A stretch of 64,000 nt of DNA, from positions 6,648-70,647 of the forward strand of contig JAQTRU010000001.1 of NCBI GenBank assembly GCA_028711655.1, given 5' to 3'. A program made the translations under genes and the position numbers. Below the pieces are notes generated by a model. It saw only the letters and a list, made by a program, of their open reading frames with translations, was not told the origin of the DNA and ran no database searches. Source of the stretch: Patescibacteria group bacterium. Lineage in GTDB: Bacteria; Patescibacteriota; Patescibacteriia; Patescibacteriales; JAQTRU01. Shown in pieces: positions 21,434 through 33,617 of the stretch; the stretch's first letter is position 1; the number at the start of each line of letters is the position of its first letter.

Positions 21434-22063
21434 TCAAATGTTCGGGACGATCTGGAGTATTTTCTCGAGATCGCGGACCGGGCGCATGACATTGTCGGTA
21501 AAAACCATTGAATATTTCAGGGAGTCTCCTGAAAGATCAACTTCGCAGGGAGTATTGTTAATCCGAAAATGAACTGTTTCTCCCTGTCTTTTGTCCGGAA
21601 AATTCACACGATAGTTGCGGCGTTCTGCTTTCCCCACTACTTCTTTTCGAATTTCGTTGAACATCTTGTTCAACTCGGCATCGCGGCGCGCTTTTTCCGG
21701 GCCCTGGCAAGCATGGGAAAGAGCTAATTCCAGAAGACCGTAATGGTACTCTTCCGAAAGCTGCGGATATTGCCTGGTATCCAGAGTGGCAGTAAACTTG
21801 CCGTCCGTCGTTTCGATGCCCACCGTAATACGATCAAACTCCTTTTCCTTCCCGTTCCAGTCAGCTATGAAAACTTCCTTGTTTATGGATATAGGCGTGG
21901 TGAGCGGGAGATGATGTCTCGTGAGCGCCGACTTGACGAGATAATTTTCGACCCTATTAAGGCCGTCAATCTTGACATTCAGGGTTTCCTCTTCAGCCTG
22001 GACGCTGGCGACGAGAACGGTGAGAATAGCGATGACGACGAACAGAGCTTTGAATGCTTTCAT
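21434..22063 (-). CDS. Hypothetical secreted protein (accessory cassette)
   Basis: AAGGAGG SD, signal peptide MKAFKALFVVIAILTVLVASVQA, own promoter and terminator. Confidence 0.7.
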   Translation of the reverse strand: MKAFKALFVVIAILTVLVASVQAEEETLNVKIDGLNRVENYLVKSALTRHHLPLTTPISINKEVFIADWNGKEKEFDRITVGIETTDGKFTATLDTRQYPQLSEEYHYGLLELALSHACQGPEKARRDAELNKMFNEIRKEVVGKAERRNYRVNFPDKRQGETVHFRINNTPCEVDLSGDSLKYSMVFTDNVMRPVRDLEKILQIVPNI

Positions 22064-22167
22064 AGCATCCTCCTTAAAAATGTGAGAAACGAAAACGACG
22101 AAAACGATAAATAACTTTATATATAATGTAAAGATCAATTAATATTATTAATAACCATTATCAAATA

Positions 22168-22196
22168 ATTATAGCATACTTTAAAATATTTGTCAA
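22168..22196 (-). promoter_or_regulatory. Consensus sigma70 promoter
   Basis: TTGACA-17 nt (with TG)-TATAAT on the minus strand. Confidence 0.8.
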
Positions 22197-22273
22197 GGAT
22201 TTTAACTGATTATTCACTTTTTTATTTAATATTAGATAAAAAAGGACTGCTTTATAACAGTCCTTTTGAAAAA

Positions 22274-22810
22274 TCAATTTCCGCTTGCGAAAATCTTAAA
22301 AGAATCTTTGGTAATTTTTCGGCCATAATTTTTTATTTCATCTATGGCGTAGTCCCCGAAAGGCGCCAAACCTTCGTGATATAACATTCCCTTCTCATCT
22401 TTTAGATTCATATTTTGCCGCTCAAATTCAACCGGCCAGACATAATAAATTTCTGAATTTAAACCGTATTCTTCGCCCACGCCCCACAAAATATTTCTGG
22501 TGACAAAATATAAATTGCCAAAAGCTGGTTTTATTTCTTTTCTGCGGGGAGCGAGAACAACGTAAATTGAATCAGATTCAACTAGAACCCTTAAAGCCTT
22601 TTCGCTATAAAAAGCAAAATAAAAATCGCCGTATTCTTCCCAGACCGCTTTTCCGTCCTTGAATTCGATTTCTTTAGAAGGTTTCCAGCCTTCGGAAATC
22701 TTAATTTTTGAAAGATCGGCTCTGACAACGATATTTATATCACCAAAAGCAAGGCAAACTCCCAAGGCCATAAAAATGGCCACAGACAATGCAACTGTTA
22801 CCGTTTTCAT
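22274..22810 (-). CDS. Hypothetical secreted protein
   Basis: AAGGAGG SD, signal peptide, hairpin terminator 22241-22268. Confidence 0.65.
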   Translation of the reverse strand: MKTVTVALSVAIFMALGVCLAFGDINIVVRADLSKIKISEGWKPSKEIEFKDGKAVWEEYGDFYFAFYSEKALRVLVESDSIYVVLAPRRKEIKPAFGNLYFVTRNILWGVGEEYGLNSEIYYVWPVEFERQNMNLKDEKGMLYHEGLAPFGDYAIDEIKNYGRKITKDSFKIFASGN

Positions 22811-22886
22811 TCCAATCCTCCTTGTTTGTTATCTTAATTGTCCTAAAAATCTTAAAAATCCCAAGAGCCCCAAGAATCTCACCGTT

Positions 22887-25670
22887 CTACACCCAGGTCA
22901 CGCAGGCGACTTTATCGCTCGCTTCTTTAAAGCGCATCAATCTTACGCCCTGCGTATCCCGGCCCAATTGGTTAACTGACTTGAAAGGCAGTCTTATCAC
23001 CTGGCCCTTTTCTGAAATCACGATTAAATCTTTTTCCGCCATTGCCTCTATATTAACAATAAAGGCATTCACCAGTTTTCCGGTTTTACTTGTTACTTTA
23101 GCAGTTTTGATTCCGGATCCGCCCCGGCCCTGCAACTTATAAAAACCCAGAGCGGTCCGCTTGCCAAAGCCCTGCTCCATAATAATCATAACCTGATATT
23201 TTTTCATTTTTTCTTTATCGCCTTTGATAACTCCCATGCCAATCATAATATCGTCTTTTTTCAGCCGAATTCCCCGCACCCCGGCAGCATTGCGTCCCAT
23301 ATCGCGGACATCAGATTCCTTGAAGCGCACAGATTGGCCTCCGGCCGTAATCAACTGAATATGGTCATTGCCGCCGGTCGGCTTGGCCCAAATTAATTTA
23401 TCTTCGCCTTTTATTTTAATGGCAATAAGGCCTGACCGGCGGACATTGGCAAAGGCTTCCAGCTTGACTTTTTTCACCAACCCCTTTTCTGTCGCAAAAA
23501 ATAAAAACTTGCTGTTGGAAATTTTGTCTAAAGGCAAAACCGAAGTTATTTTCTCCCCGCCCAAAAGCTGCAAGAAATTAACAATCGGCGTGCCTTTGGC
23601 GGTCCGAGAGGCCTGCGGCACCTCGTAAGCTTTTAATTGAAATACCCGGCCGCGGGTAGTAAAAAATAAAATATCAGTATGGGTAAAAGTAGTAAACATA
23701 AATTCAACCGTATCTTCTTCCTTGGTGGACAGACCGATTACGCCCTTGCCGCCGCGCGCTTGTACTTTAAAAGTATCCGGGGCTAAACGCTTAATATAAC
23801 CGTCCCGCGTCATTACAATCATGGTTTCTTCGTTCGGCACCAAATCTTCAACGCTGAAATCTTTTACGCCGTGGGCGATAACCTCTGTCCTGCGCTTATC
23901 GCCGAATTTATCCGCCAAATCTTTAATTTCGTTTTTTATGATTCCCCTTATCTTTGCTTGGGATTTTAAAATTTCTTCCAAATCTTTTATAATCTTCTTT
24001 TTCTCCTTTAATTCCTCTTCTATTTTTAACCTCTCTAAATTAGCCAAATTCTGTAATCTCATTTCCAAAATAGCCGTTGCCTGCAAATCGCTAAGCTTGA
24101 ATTTTTTCATCAAATTCACCTTAGCCACTTCCTTGTCCCGCGACGCTTTAATCGTCTTGATGACTGCGTCAATGTTCTTCAAAGCAATCATCAAACCCTC
24201 TAAAATATGGGCTCGCGCCTTGGCTTTGTCCAAATCAAATTGGGTCCGGCGCCTTACTACTTCCTCGCGGTGCTTGATATATTCCTCCAAAATCATTTTC
24301 AAGGTAAGAACTTTCGGCTGAATCCCGTCCACTAAAGCCAGCATATTAATATGAAAAGTTTCCTGCAATTGGGTATGCTTATACAGGCTGTTCAAAATTT
24401 TCTTCGGATAGGTTTCTTTTTTTAATTCCACTACTATGCGCACCCCTTCTTTATCCGATTCGTCCCGCAAATCTTTTATGCCTTCTATTTTTTTGTCTTT
24501 CACCAAGTCGGCAATTTTTTCTACCAAAGTGGCCTTGTTAACCTGATAAGGGATCTCGGTAATAATAATATGAAAATTTCCCCCCTTGGTTTCTTCAATG
24601 TTGGCCCGACCGCGCATAACGACCCCACCCTTGCCGGTAGCATAAGCCTGAAGGATATCTTTATTATTATAAATAAATCCGCCAGTTGGGAAATCCGGGC
24701 CTTTGACGAATTCCATTAAATCTTCAACGGTTGCGGCCGGCTTGTCTATTAAATAAATTATGGCGCTGGTTAATTCCGATAAATTGTGGGGAGGAATATT
24801 GGTCGCCATGCCTACGGCGATGCCCATTGTGCCGTTAAGAAGAAGGTTGGGGAGTTTGGCCGGAACCACTCTCGGTTCTTTCTGCGAACCGTCAAAATTC
24901 GGAGTAAAGTCCACGGTATTTTTGTCAATATCAAAAAGCAATTCCTCGGTGATGGACGCCAACTTGGCTTCCGTATAACGCATAGCGGCCGCGTTGTCTC
25001 CGTCCATGGACCCGAAATTTCCCTGTCCGCGCACCAAAGGATAACGCATGGAAAAATCCTGGGCCATGCGGACCATTGAATCATAAACGGCCGAATCGCC
25101 ATGGGGATGATATTTGCCAAGAACTTCACCGACAACGGTTGCCGACTTTCTAAATTTAGCCCCGGCCCGAAGGCCGATGCTCCACATGGCGTATAAAATT
25201 CTCCTGTGCACCGGCTTTAAGCCGTCCCGGACATCAGGCAGAGCCCGGCTTACAATTACGCTCATGGCGTAATCCAGGTAAGAAACGCTCATCTCTTCCA
25301 CAATTGCCTGTGGCTCCACCAAACCATACTCTGTTCTTCTGCGGCTGTCTACCACTTGCGATTTTATGGTTTTATCGCCTTCTTTCCCCGCCGCCTCAAC
25401 AACTTCTTTGCCCGGCTGTTCTTTGTCTGTTTCACCTTCTTTCTCCGGCAATTTGGAAACAGATTTCTTAGTTTCTTCTTCCCCGGCTTTCTTCACAATT
25501 TTTTCCTTATCAACTTTTTTCGCCGCCTTAACCAACCTTTCGGATTTTACCTTCTCTTTCCGCTTAGGCAATTTGCTTTTTTGCTTGCCCCGCAAAGCTC
25601 CGCCTGCCGGCGAGGCAAGCTTGGCGTCGTGGGGTTTTTTTGCTTTTGCGCTTTTGTGCTTAACCGCCAT
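22887..25670 (-). CDS. gyrA: DNA gyrase subunit A with long Lys/Glu-rich N-terminal extension
   Basis: [42 protein letters not shown], GyrA-box QARGGKG. Confidence 0.97.
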   Translation of the reverse strand: MAVKHKSAKAKKPHDAKLASPAGGALRGKQKSKLPKRKEKVKSERLVKAAKKVDKEKIVKKAGEEETKKSVSKLPEKEGETDKEQPGKEVVEAAGKEGDKTIKSQVVDSRRRTEYGLVEPQAIVEEMSVSYLDYAMSVIVSRALPDVRDGLKPVHRRILYAMWSIGLRAGAKFRKSATVVGEVLGKYHPHGDSAVYDSMVRMAQDFSMRYPLVRGQGNFGSMDGDNAAAMRYTEAKLASITEELLFDIDKNTVDFTPNFDGSQKEPRVVPAKLPNLLLNGTMGIAVGMATNIPPHNLSELTSAIIYLIDKPAATVEDLMEFVKGPDFPTGGFIYNNKDILQAYATGKGGVVMRGRANIEETKGGNFHIIITEIPYQVNKATLVEKIADLVKDKKIEGIKDLRDESDKEGVRIVVELKKETYPKKILNSLYKHTQLQETFHINMLALVDGIQPKVLTLKMILEEYIKHREEVVRRRTQFDLDKAKARAHILEGLMIALKNIDAVIKTIKASRDKEVAKVNLMKKFKLSDLQATAILEMRLQNLANLERLKIEEELKEKKKIIKDLEEILKSQAKIRGIIKNEIKDLADKFGDKRRTEVIAHGVKDFSVEDLVPNEETMIVMTRDGYIKRLAPDTFKVQARGGKGVIGLSTKEEDTVEFMFTTFTHTDILFFTTRGRVFQLKAYEVPQASRTAKGTPIVNFLQLLGGEKITSVLPLDKISNSKFLFFATEKGLVKKVKLEAFANVRRSGLIAIKIKGEDKLIWAKPTGGNDHIQLITAGGQSVRFKESDVRDMGRNAAGVRGIRLKKDDIMIGMGVIKGDKEKMKKYQVMIIMEQGFGKRTALGFYKLQGRGGSGIKTAKVTSKTGKLVNAFIVNIEAMAEKDLIVISEKGQVIRLPFKSVNQLGRDTQGVRLMRFKEASDKVACVTWV

Positions 25671-25680
25671 ATTCAAATCA

Positions 25681-26238
25681 TTATTTATTATTTTCTATCT
25701 CCTCCTCTAATTCTTTTAACCTGTTTTTTAATTCCTCAAGATTTTCCTCTTTTATTTCCGCCTCGGGCGAAGAAAAATCGGCATTTTTATTCGGCAATAA
25801 ATTGCTCTCATCTAAATTATTTTCAGTAGAAGTGGAAATATTATCTATAACGCTTACTTGTTTTAATTCTTCAAGCCCCTTTTTTATCTGCTCTATCGTC
25901 TGGCCAAAGTCGCCGGTAAGCTTATCCCATTCAAATTGCCGGTAATTGTTTCTCGCTTCCTTCGCCCCCCTAAAAACGCTTCTCATATTCAGAACCCAAC
26001 CGGCAAAAATTAAAACCATAAAAAAACTTACTCCCGCCCACATCATTAATTTTTTATCCCGTTCAATCTTTTCATCTTGGAAAAGACGGGGTTTTCCGAT
26101 TTCCCTTTTTACCGGCTTTTCCGATTTTTCTCTTGACTCAATTTTTTCTTGAGCGCGGCCGATTTCCCTTTCGGCTTTGGCTTTGGGAGTTTTTTGAACC
26201 TTTACTTTTAACTTAATTTTTTTTACCCTATCCGCCAT
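25681..26238 (-). CDS. Hypothetical single-pass membrane protein
   Basis: Charged N-terminus, one TM ([19 protein letters not shown]), coiled coil. Confidence 0.65.
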   Translation of the reverse strand: MADRVKKIKLKVKVQKTPKAKAEREIGRAQEKIESREKSEKPVKREIGKPRLFQDEKIERDKKLMMWAGVSFFMVLIFAGWVLNMRSVFRGAKEARNNYRQFEWDKLTGDFGQTIEQIKKGLEELKQVSVIDNISTSTENNLDESNLLPNKNADFSSPEAEIKEENLEELKNRLKELEEEIENNK

Positions 26239-26513
26239 ATAACAAAACAATAAAAACCACTCGACTGCAGAGTGAAATTATGCTTCTATTGTAGCAAGAA
26301 TAATAAAAAAAGTAAACCCCGCAGAAATGAACATTAATGCGAAATTAACTCAAAAATATAATTATAACTTAATAAAATAAGGGGCGGTTTTCTTGGCGGG
26401 GCAAACCTCTTGGCAAGTTTACACTAAAAATTAAAATTTACTAAATAAAAATAAAAAAACTCAAGGTTTTTTGCTAAATAAAAAAGCTGTTGATATTATG
26501 TTTATAAAGGCCC

Positions 26514-26675
26514 TTGACATTAAATAAATAATAGTTTACTATTAAAGATACGAAAAATACAAAAGAATAGCAGGCAGGAGGCAAGGAAACAGTAATATTA
26601 ATTTAAATTTAATATTCCTGTTTTTTTGCTGCTTGCCCGGTAATAATTCCGGGGAGAAGGAATGCCCTTTAACAA
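26514..26675 (+). promoter_or_regulatory. rRNA promoter and boxA antiterminator
   Basis: TTGACA-17-TACTAT at 26514-26542; TGCCCTTTAACAA at 26663-26675 resembles rrn boxA TGCTCTTTAACA. Confidence 0.75.
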
Positions 26676-26990
26676 TTTATTAAATTTTGGTGAACAAAAA
26701 AATTTTTGGCGCTAGCAGGCGCCGATTTAATCCTGTCGTCCTCGGACGACGGGGCAAGGATAACGAAATTTACCCGGGGCAACCCGGGTCTCAAATAGAA
26801 GTTAAAAGCTTCAACAGGGAAGAAAACCTGTTTAAAAACTTTCTCTTGGATAGTAAACCAAGTAAAAAACTTTAAGAGAGTTTTCAGCCAGAGGCTGATC
26901 CGCCTTTGGCGGAGATCCTGGCCTGCCCGCAAGGGCAGGTTAAAACTGGAGTACTGAAAACTTTCCTTGGATAGTAAACCAAGTAAAAAA

Positions 26991-28604
<1,614 letters not shown>

Positions 28605-28808
28605 CTAGGGAGATATTCGGTGAAAAAAACGAATGTGTCGACCTACTTAAATTTTTATAAAATCTAGGTGGGAAATTGGCGCCTGCTAGCTTTGAAATTT
28701 TGATCATCAAATAAAAAAATACGCGAGTTGATCGCGTATTTTTTGTTGTAAAAATTTTAAAATAAATTCCCAAAAATCCCAAGAATCATTATGATCCCAG
28801 GGATCCCG

Positions 28809-29795
28809 CTAATTAATCCCCATTCTCTCTTTTACTCTTCTTAAAGTTTCATCCGCAATCGGCTTAACTTTCTTTGCCCCGTCTTCCATGATTTTTTTCG
28901 CTTCTTTATCACTAATTATTTTATACCTTTCCTGGAAATCTGCCAAGAACTTCTTTACCACTTCGGCCAAATCTTTTTTAAAGTCGCCGTATCCCTTGCC
29001 CCGGTATTTAGCTTCCAGTTTTTTTATTGGCTCATCAGAGAGTAAAGAATAAATAGTCAACAGATTAGAAATTGCCGGCTTGCTTTTTGGGTCATATTTA
29101 ATTTCCGAACCGGAATCAGTTACGGCCTTCATAATTTTTTTAGCCGCCGCTTCCGGATTATCCGTTAAGCCAATAAAATTATATTCGCTTTCTGCGCTCT
29201 TGCTCATTTTCTTGCTCGGGTCGTCCAGGCCCATAATCCGCGCTCCTTCTTTTCTAATAACCACTTCCGGAATTTTAAACGTTTCACCGAATTGCGAATT
29301 AAACCTACGCCCTAAAGTCCGACAAAGTTCAACATGCTGGGCCTGGTCTTCTCCAACCGGCACGGCATCGGTATTATAAAGTAAAATATCCGAAGCCATT
29401 AAAACCGGGTAATCAAAAAGGCCGATCCCAACATTTTCCTGTCCTTCTCCGGCCTTATCTTTAAACTGGGTCATTTTATTTAAATCGGAAATCCGGGCTA
29501 CGCAATTTAAGATCCAAGTTAATTCCGTGTGCGCGCTAATATCAGACTGCTGGAAAATAATTGATTTTTTCGGGTCAATGCCGGACGCTAAATAAATTTT
29601 AGCCACTTCTATAATTTTTTTCTTTAGCGCTTCTGGGTCCTGCTTAACCGTAATGGCGTGATAATCAACCACGCAAAAAATGCATTGATTTTTCTCCTGC
29701 ATTACCACCCACTGGGCAATCGCGCCCAGATAATTGCCAAGATGCAGATTGCCGCTGGGTTGGACCCCGGAAAAGACTATAGGTTTATTAAGCAT
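28809..29795 (-). CDS. trpS: Tryptophanyl-tRNA synthetase
   Basis: SGVQPSGNLHLGNYLG, YPVLMASDIL, VPVGEDQ, KMSKS. Confidence 0.97.
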   Translation of the reverse strand: MLNKPIVFSGVQPSGNLHLGNYLGAIAQWVVMQEKNQCIFCVVDYHAITVKQDPEALKKKIIEVAKIYLASGIDPKKSIIFQQSDISAHTELTWILNCVARISDLNKMTQFKDKAGEGQENVGIGLFDYPVLMASDILLYNTDAVPVGEDQAQHVELCRTLGRRFNSQFGETFKIPEVVIRKEGARIMGLDDPSKKMSKSAESEYNFIGLTDNPEAAAKKIMKAVTDSGSEIKYDPKSKPAISNLLTIYSLLSDEPIKKLEAKYRGKGYGDFKKDLAEVVKKFLADFQERYKIISDKEAKKIMEDGAKKVKPIADETLRRVKERMGIN

Positions 29796-29890
29796 AATTA
29801 TCAAATTATATAGTATTCGTATATTCGTAAATAATTCGTAATTCGTAGGAATATACTATTATTGTAATTTAATTATTGGTTTTAAGCAAG

Positions 29891-29927
29891 AAAAAGGTGG
29901 AGACAAGACGGCATCTCGTCTCCACCT
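29891..29927 (-). terminator. Intrinsic terminator between small ORFs and trpS
   Basis: aggtggagac...gtctccacct hairpin followed by T-run on the minus strand. Confidence 0.65.
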
Positions 29928-29934
29928 AAAACCA

Positions 29935-30072
29935 TTACTGCCTGCCGTTCCGTTTTTGGAACTGGCTCTTTCTAGCGCTTTTGTCGCATTTCGGACAACG
30001 CTTTACGGTTTTGCCGCCGGGCAAATAGAACGTTTGAATTCTTTCACCATGAACACTGCATTTCTTAGCCAT
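29935..30072 (-). CDS. 45-aa putative zinc-binding peptide MAKKCSVHGERIQTFYLPGGKTVKRCPKCDKSARKSQFQKRNGRQ
   Basis: AGGAG SD; CxxH...CxxC; hand-translated, not in ORF track. Confidence 0.6.
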   Translation of the reverse strand: MAKKCSVHGERIQTFYLPGGKTVKRCPKCDKSARKSQFQKRNGRQ

Positions 30073-30087
30073 AAATCCTTCTCCTAA

Positions 30088-30291
30088 TTACCCATTACAA
30101 AAACCACCTGATGGTGAAGAACCAGACTCCCCGCTTGTACCACCTACAGGAGTGGTAAATCCGAAACCAACGGAATTACGCGGTTTATCTCTTCCTGTAC
30201 TTGTCTCTTTCTTTTGCCCGCATACCAAACAAACGCCGTCAATGACTCTACCGCCGCAACCAGGTTTAGAACAAATTAATTCTTCAGCCAT
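30088..30291 (-). CDS. 67-aa putative zinc-ribbon peptide
   Basis: GGAGG SD; CSKPGC...CLVC. Confidence 0.6.
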   Translation of the reverse strand: MAEELICSKPGCGGRVIDGVCLVCGQKKETSTGRDKPRNSVGFGFTTPVGGTSGESGSSPSGGFCNG

Positions 30292-30387
30292 GATAGGCCT
30301 CCATGTTAAGAATGAACAATTAAATATACAATGAATGAACAATTCCTTTCCGCATTAGTCCGCATCAGTCTGTATTAGTCCGTGAAA

Positions 30388-30680
30388 AGAAAAAAGCTTC
30401 CCATCTCTTAAGCATAACTAAATCATGCTCAAGGGACGAAAAGCTTTTGCTTTACGCGGTACCACCCCTTTTCCCGCCAAACTTTTGCGAACAAAACTTA
30501 GGCGGGCACTTTTACTGACTCTGACCCCTCTCGACAAGCTCAGGGCGACATCAGTTAGCCCATGATTACGGAGGCAACCGGGTCTTCACTCTCGCAAAAA
30601 CCACCCTTCCGCCAATTGACGGATAATTCAGGCCCAACCCCCTGCAAAAAAGCAGAGGACCTGAATAGGTTTTATTGTTT
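30388..30680 (-). promoter_or_regulatory. T-box riboswitch leader (probably Trp, given downstream trpS)
   Basis: Minus strand AAGGGGTGGTACCGCG T-box, CGTCCC antiterminator partner, terminator GCTTTTCGTC...GATGGGAAGC-TTTTTT, CCGTAATC stem IIA/B-like motif; stem I and specifier not assignable by eye. Confidence 0.75.
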
Positions 30681-30743
30681 TTAAACTACTAAATACAGAA
30701 TAACATAATAAAAAATTCTATCAAATAACTGGGTTTATTTATC

Positions 30744-31331
30744 CTATTTTGCCTCCTCTAATTGATACCACTTAACATGATAATGAATTTTCTCTTCCTG
30801 GCCGTCCGGAATTTTATTTATATTAGGAATTCTAGAATCCGGACTATTTTCTCGATACACTACCTTAAGACTATTACCGATAGTTCCTTCAACTACCAAC
30901 AACATAGATTTCTCTATCCATCTACTAAATTTTTTTTCGTCTTCTTCTAAATCCTGTCTTGCTTTCTTCAGTCCATCTTCACCTAATCCCCCTCCATATT
31001 TTTTCTCAACATCAATTAAAGTTGGCCTTTGCTTTTTTTCTCTATCTTCTCGCGGAAACACTACTAATTTGTCAAGTTCTCCCATGTCTTTAAAAAAACC
31101 AAAAAACCGAACTTCTGTCTCGGGGTCTATTTTTTCAGACGCTGAAGGAATTACCTTTAAACCTCCTTCGGGATCAATCTTAGCCCTATCTACTTTACCG
31201 TCAGATATAATAAACGCGCCCTCCCTCCCGGGTATTTCAAATAAAGCCTCGGAATAATTAGGAATATCCTTTATTTTATATTTTTTGCCAACTTCCAATG
31301 GCGCGGGCATTTGGTTTGGTTGTTCTTTCAT
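30744..31331 (-). CDS. Hypothetical protein
   Basis: 195-aa ORF with ATG start and native-like composition; no recognised motif. Confidence 0.6.
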   Translation of the reverse strand: MKEQPNQMPAPLEVGKKYKIKDIPNYSEALFEIPGREGAFIISDGKVDRAKIDPEGGLKVIPSASEKIDPETEVRFFGFFKDMGELDKLVVFPREDREKKQRPTLIDVEKKYGGGLGEDGLKKARQDLEEDEKKFSRWIEKSMLLVVEGTIGNSLKVVYRENSPDSRIPNINKIPDGQEEKIHYHVKWYQLEEAK

Positions 31332-31515
31332 AATTTTTAACTTTCAAGTACACAATAGCATAATAAAAAAAATTTTGTCAATCACGGCTCGCTCACAATC
31401 CCCTTTAGCAGAGCCGTAGTCCCCCAACCCCGCCGCTGGCGGGGTTAACGGGAGACCATGATTGAACCAATCCTTTTAGAGAAGGCCCTGCCAGAGCGAA
31501 AAGAATAAAAATTTA

Positions 31516-32556
31516 TCACCCGCGCACACAACGAACATAGAGGTTGTAGATTTTGCCGGTGTAGTCCACGAGGCCGTAGCCGAAACTCACGCCCCAGGCG
31601 CTGGTGGTATTGTGAACAACGGTAGTAGAAGACCAATAATAAGTGTTGCTGCCGGGGTTGGTATTAGGGAAATAAGTGGTATTGATGGCTGGCAGAGAAT
31701 TCTGATAATTCACGATGCTCATTAGCTCTTTTACATTTGGCAATCTCCAATTATTATAACCACCAAAAATCAAATTTTGGCATTGGCTTAGAGCATTTTC
31801 CCAGTTAACATTATTGACGTATCCGGCGCAGTTGGTTGTTGAAGTATCCGGCTCCGTGCATTTCTTCCACATCAAACCCGTGCAGTTATCAGTTATAGTA
31901 CCGTTGCCATTGTCTGTGAAAGAAGGATTGCAGGTGGAAGGACTGTTGGCAGAGGTATAATCATTATCTTCGCCATAAGTTGCGGTATAGCTTGAAGTCT
32001 GACCGGTATCAGGAAGAGTTTTAATCCCTGTATAAATCCCTGCCAGGCCAAATATGGTAACTCCGCTTTTAATATTGCCGGCGGCTAAGTCAGTATCTAA
32101 GGCGCTCTTGCTAGTTTGGTTAATAAAGCATTTTCCGCCATTGTTATCAGTACAATCGGTCAGGGTATTACTAGCCAAATCAACTAGATTATTCCAGTTA
32201 GCTTCGGTTAAGGTATCACTAGAAGCTGTAGCTCCGGTAGCCTCGGTATCGCAGTTGCTGCCGCATTTATTGTGAATTTCATTAACAAAAGTATTCCAAT
32301 TACTTTGGCTAAGCTGGCCTGAATCATTAGTTTTAGCGTCATTCCAGGCTGCGTAGACATAAGTAGCGCCAATGGCTAGGAATATTCCGAAAATTAGATA
32401 AATCAGCCGGGAAGAAATAAATCCCGCACCTTTCAGCAGAGCATCAAACCTCGCCGAAAGAATTTTGCCTAAATCCTTCATCCCCGCAACAAAGCTACGA
32501 AATATTAAGGAAAGGTGCGGGATAAATTTTAATGTTTTTTTAAAAATGTTTTTCAT
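31516..32556 (-). CDS. DUF1566 (Lcl C-terminal, CLec-fold) surface protein, putative DGR target
   Basis: LPDTGQ, FTDNGNGTITDNCTGLMW, WRLPNVKELMSI, YYWSST...YVRCVR. Confidence 0.88.
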   Translation of the reverse strand: MKNIFKKTLKFIPHLSLIFRSFVAGMKDLGKILSARFDALLKGAGFISSRLIYLIFGIFLAIGATYVYAAWNDAKTNDSGQLSQSNWNTFVNEIHNKCGSNCDTEATGATASSDTLTEANWNNLVDLASNTLTDCTDNNGGKCFINQTSKSALDTDLAAGNIKSGVTIFGLAGIYTGIKTLPDTGQTSSYTATYGEDNDYTSANSPSTCNPSFTDNGNGTITDNCTGLMWKKCTEPDTSTTNCAGYVNNVNWENALSQCQNLIFGGYNNWRLPNVKELMSIVNYQNSLPAINTTYFPNTNPGSNTYYWSSTTVVHNTTSAWGVSFGYGLVDYTGKIYNLYVRCVRG

Positions 32557-32609
32557 ATTTTTATTGAGATCGTAGTACCCCAATGGGAGACTGCGACTGA
32601 GTTAAATTT

Positions 32610-33458
32610 TTAATAAATATAACACACGCATGTTGCCCATGATTCATAATTATTTCTGTAACAACCAACACGATTATCTCCGCCACCAGTATATACTGTG
32701 AAATCGTTTCCACCAGTATTACATGTGTTGCTACAAACAGTCCCAACAGTGCATGAATAATCTGAAGTACAATCACTGGGATAGCATTTAACTCCTGTAG
32801 ATGCTAAAGTACCAGCAACCCCAAAAATAGTTACTCCACTTTTTATATTTCCAACAGCCAAATCACTATCCATAGCGGAAAAAGTGGAAGTGTTCATATA
32901 GCAATAACCATTATTGCTAGCGGCCGAACAGGCATTGGCATTAACGTATTTAGCCGTATCATCAACATAACAATTAGTTTTGGTGGTCGTAGTTGAATCA
33001 GCGCATTCCGAGCCAAAAGCATAATAGCTGTTGTCAGTCGGAACAAAACATTGGTTTTCTTTAGCTTCATTACATAAATCAGTCGTCAGATAGCGGGCAG
33101 TAGTATCAACATAGCAGTTTGTTTGGGTGGTGGTAGTTGATTCTCCGCATTCCGTAGAATACCACTCTCCGGCCGTAGTCATCCGATTGGTAATATATTC
33201 CAGCCGTTCTACGATAGAGCCATCTTTATTGGTTGCCACCAAGGACGAGTCAAAATCATTATTCGCGTTGTTGGCGCCCAAAATATTCTGGGTAAAATCC
33301 TGGTCCGAATCCGTTGGCCCGGCGCTTGGTTCAACAAAAGCGGCGTAAACATAAACGGTAACAACCGCGGTTAAGGTTAAAATAACCGTAGTAATTATGC
33401 GCCAGCCAATTCTTCCTAGATAGTCATTCAGTTTGGTTTTTAAGATTTGGTTATCCAT
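32610..33458 (-). CDS. Cys-rich secreted/surface protein with internal repeats
   Basis: TM/signal, two ECxxSTTTTxTNCYVD repeats, DSDLAVGNIKSGVTIFG motif shared with DUF1566 neighbour. Confidence 0.7.
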   Translation of the reverse strand: MDNQILKTKLNDYLGRIGWRIITTVILTLTAVVTVYVYAAFVEPSAGPTDSDQDFTQNILGANNANNDFDSSLVATNKDGSIVERLEYITNRMTTAGEWYSTECGESTTTTQTNCYVDTTARYLTTDLCNEAKENQCFVPTDNSYYAFGSECADSTTTTKTNCYVDDTAKYVNANACSAASNNGYCYMNTSTFSAMDSDLAVGNIKSGVTIFGVAGTLASTGVKCYPSDCTSDYSCTVGTVCSNTCNTGGNDFTVYTGGGDNRVGCYRNNYESWATCVCYIY

Positions 33459-33617
33459 CCAAGTTTTAAATTATCAATTATCAATTTTCTAATTTTCAAT
33501 CAATTACCAATTAACAAATTTTCAATTGATAATTTAATTATTGAAAATTCATTAATAATTGAGACTTGAAAATTGAAAATTTTATCTCGTCCTTATCCAT
33601 TTTCGCTTTTTGCTTCT

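Noticed and set aside
20900-21511. 203-aa plus-strand ORF and similar antisense ORFs
   Set aside because: Overlap well-supported genes on the opposite strand and have no motifs.
11292-25670. Inteins in the helicase or GyrA
   Set aside because: Extra segments are short, lack splice-junction residues and map to DNA palindromes.
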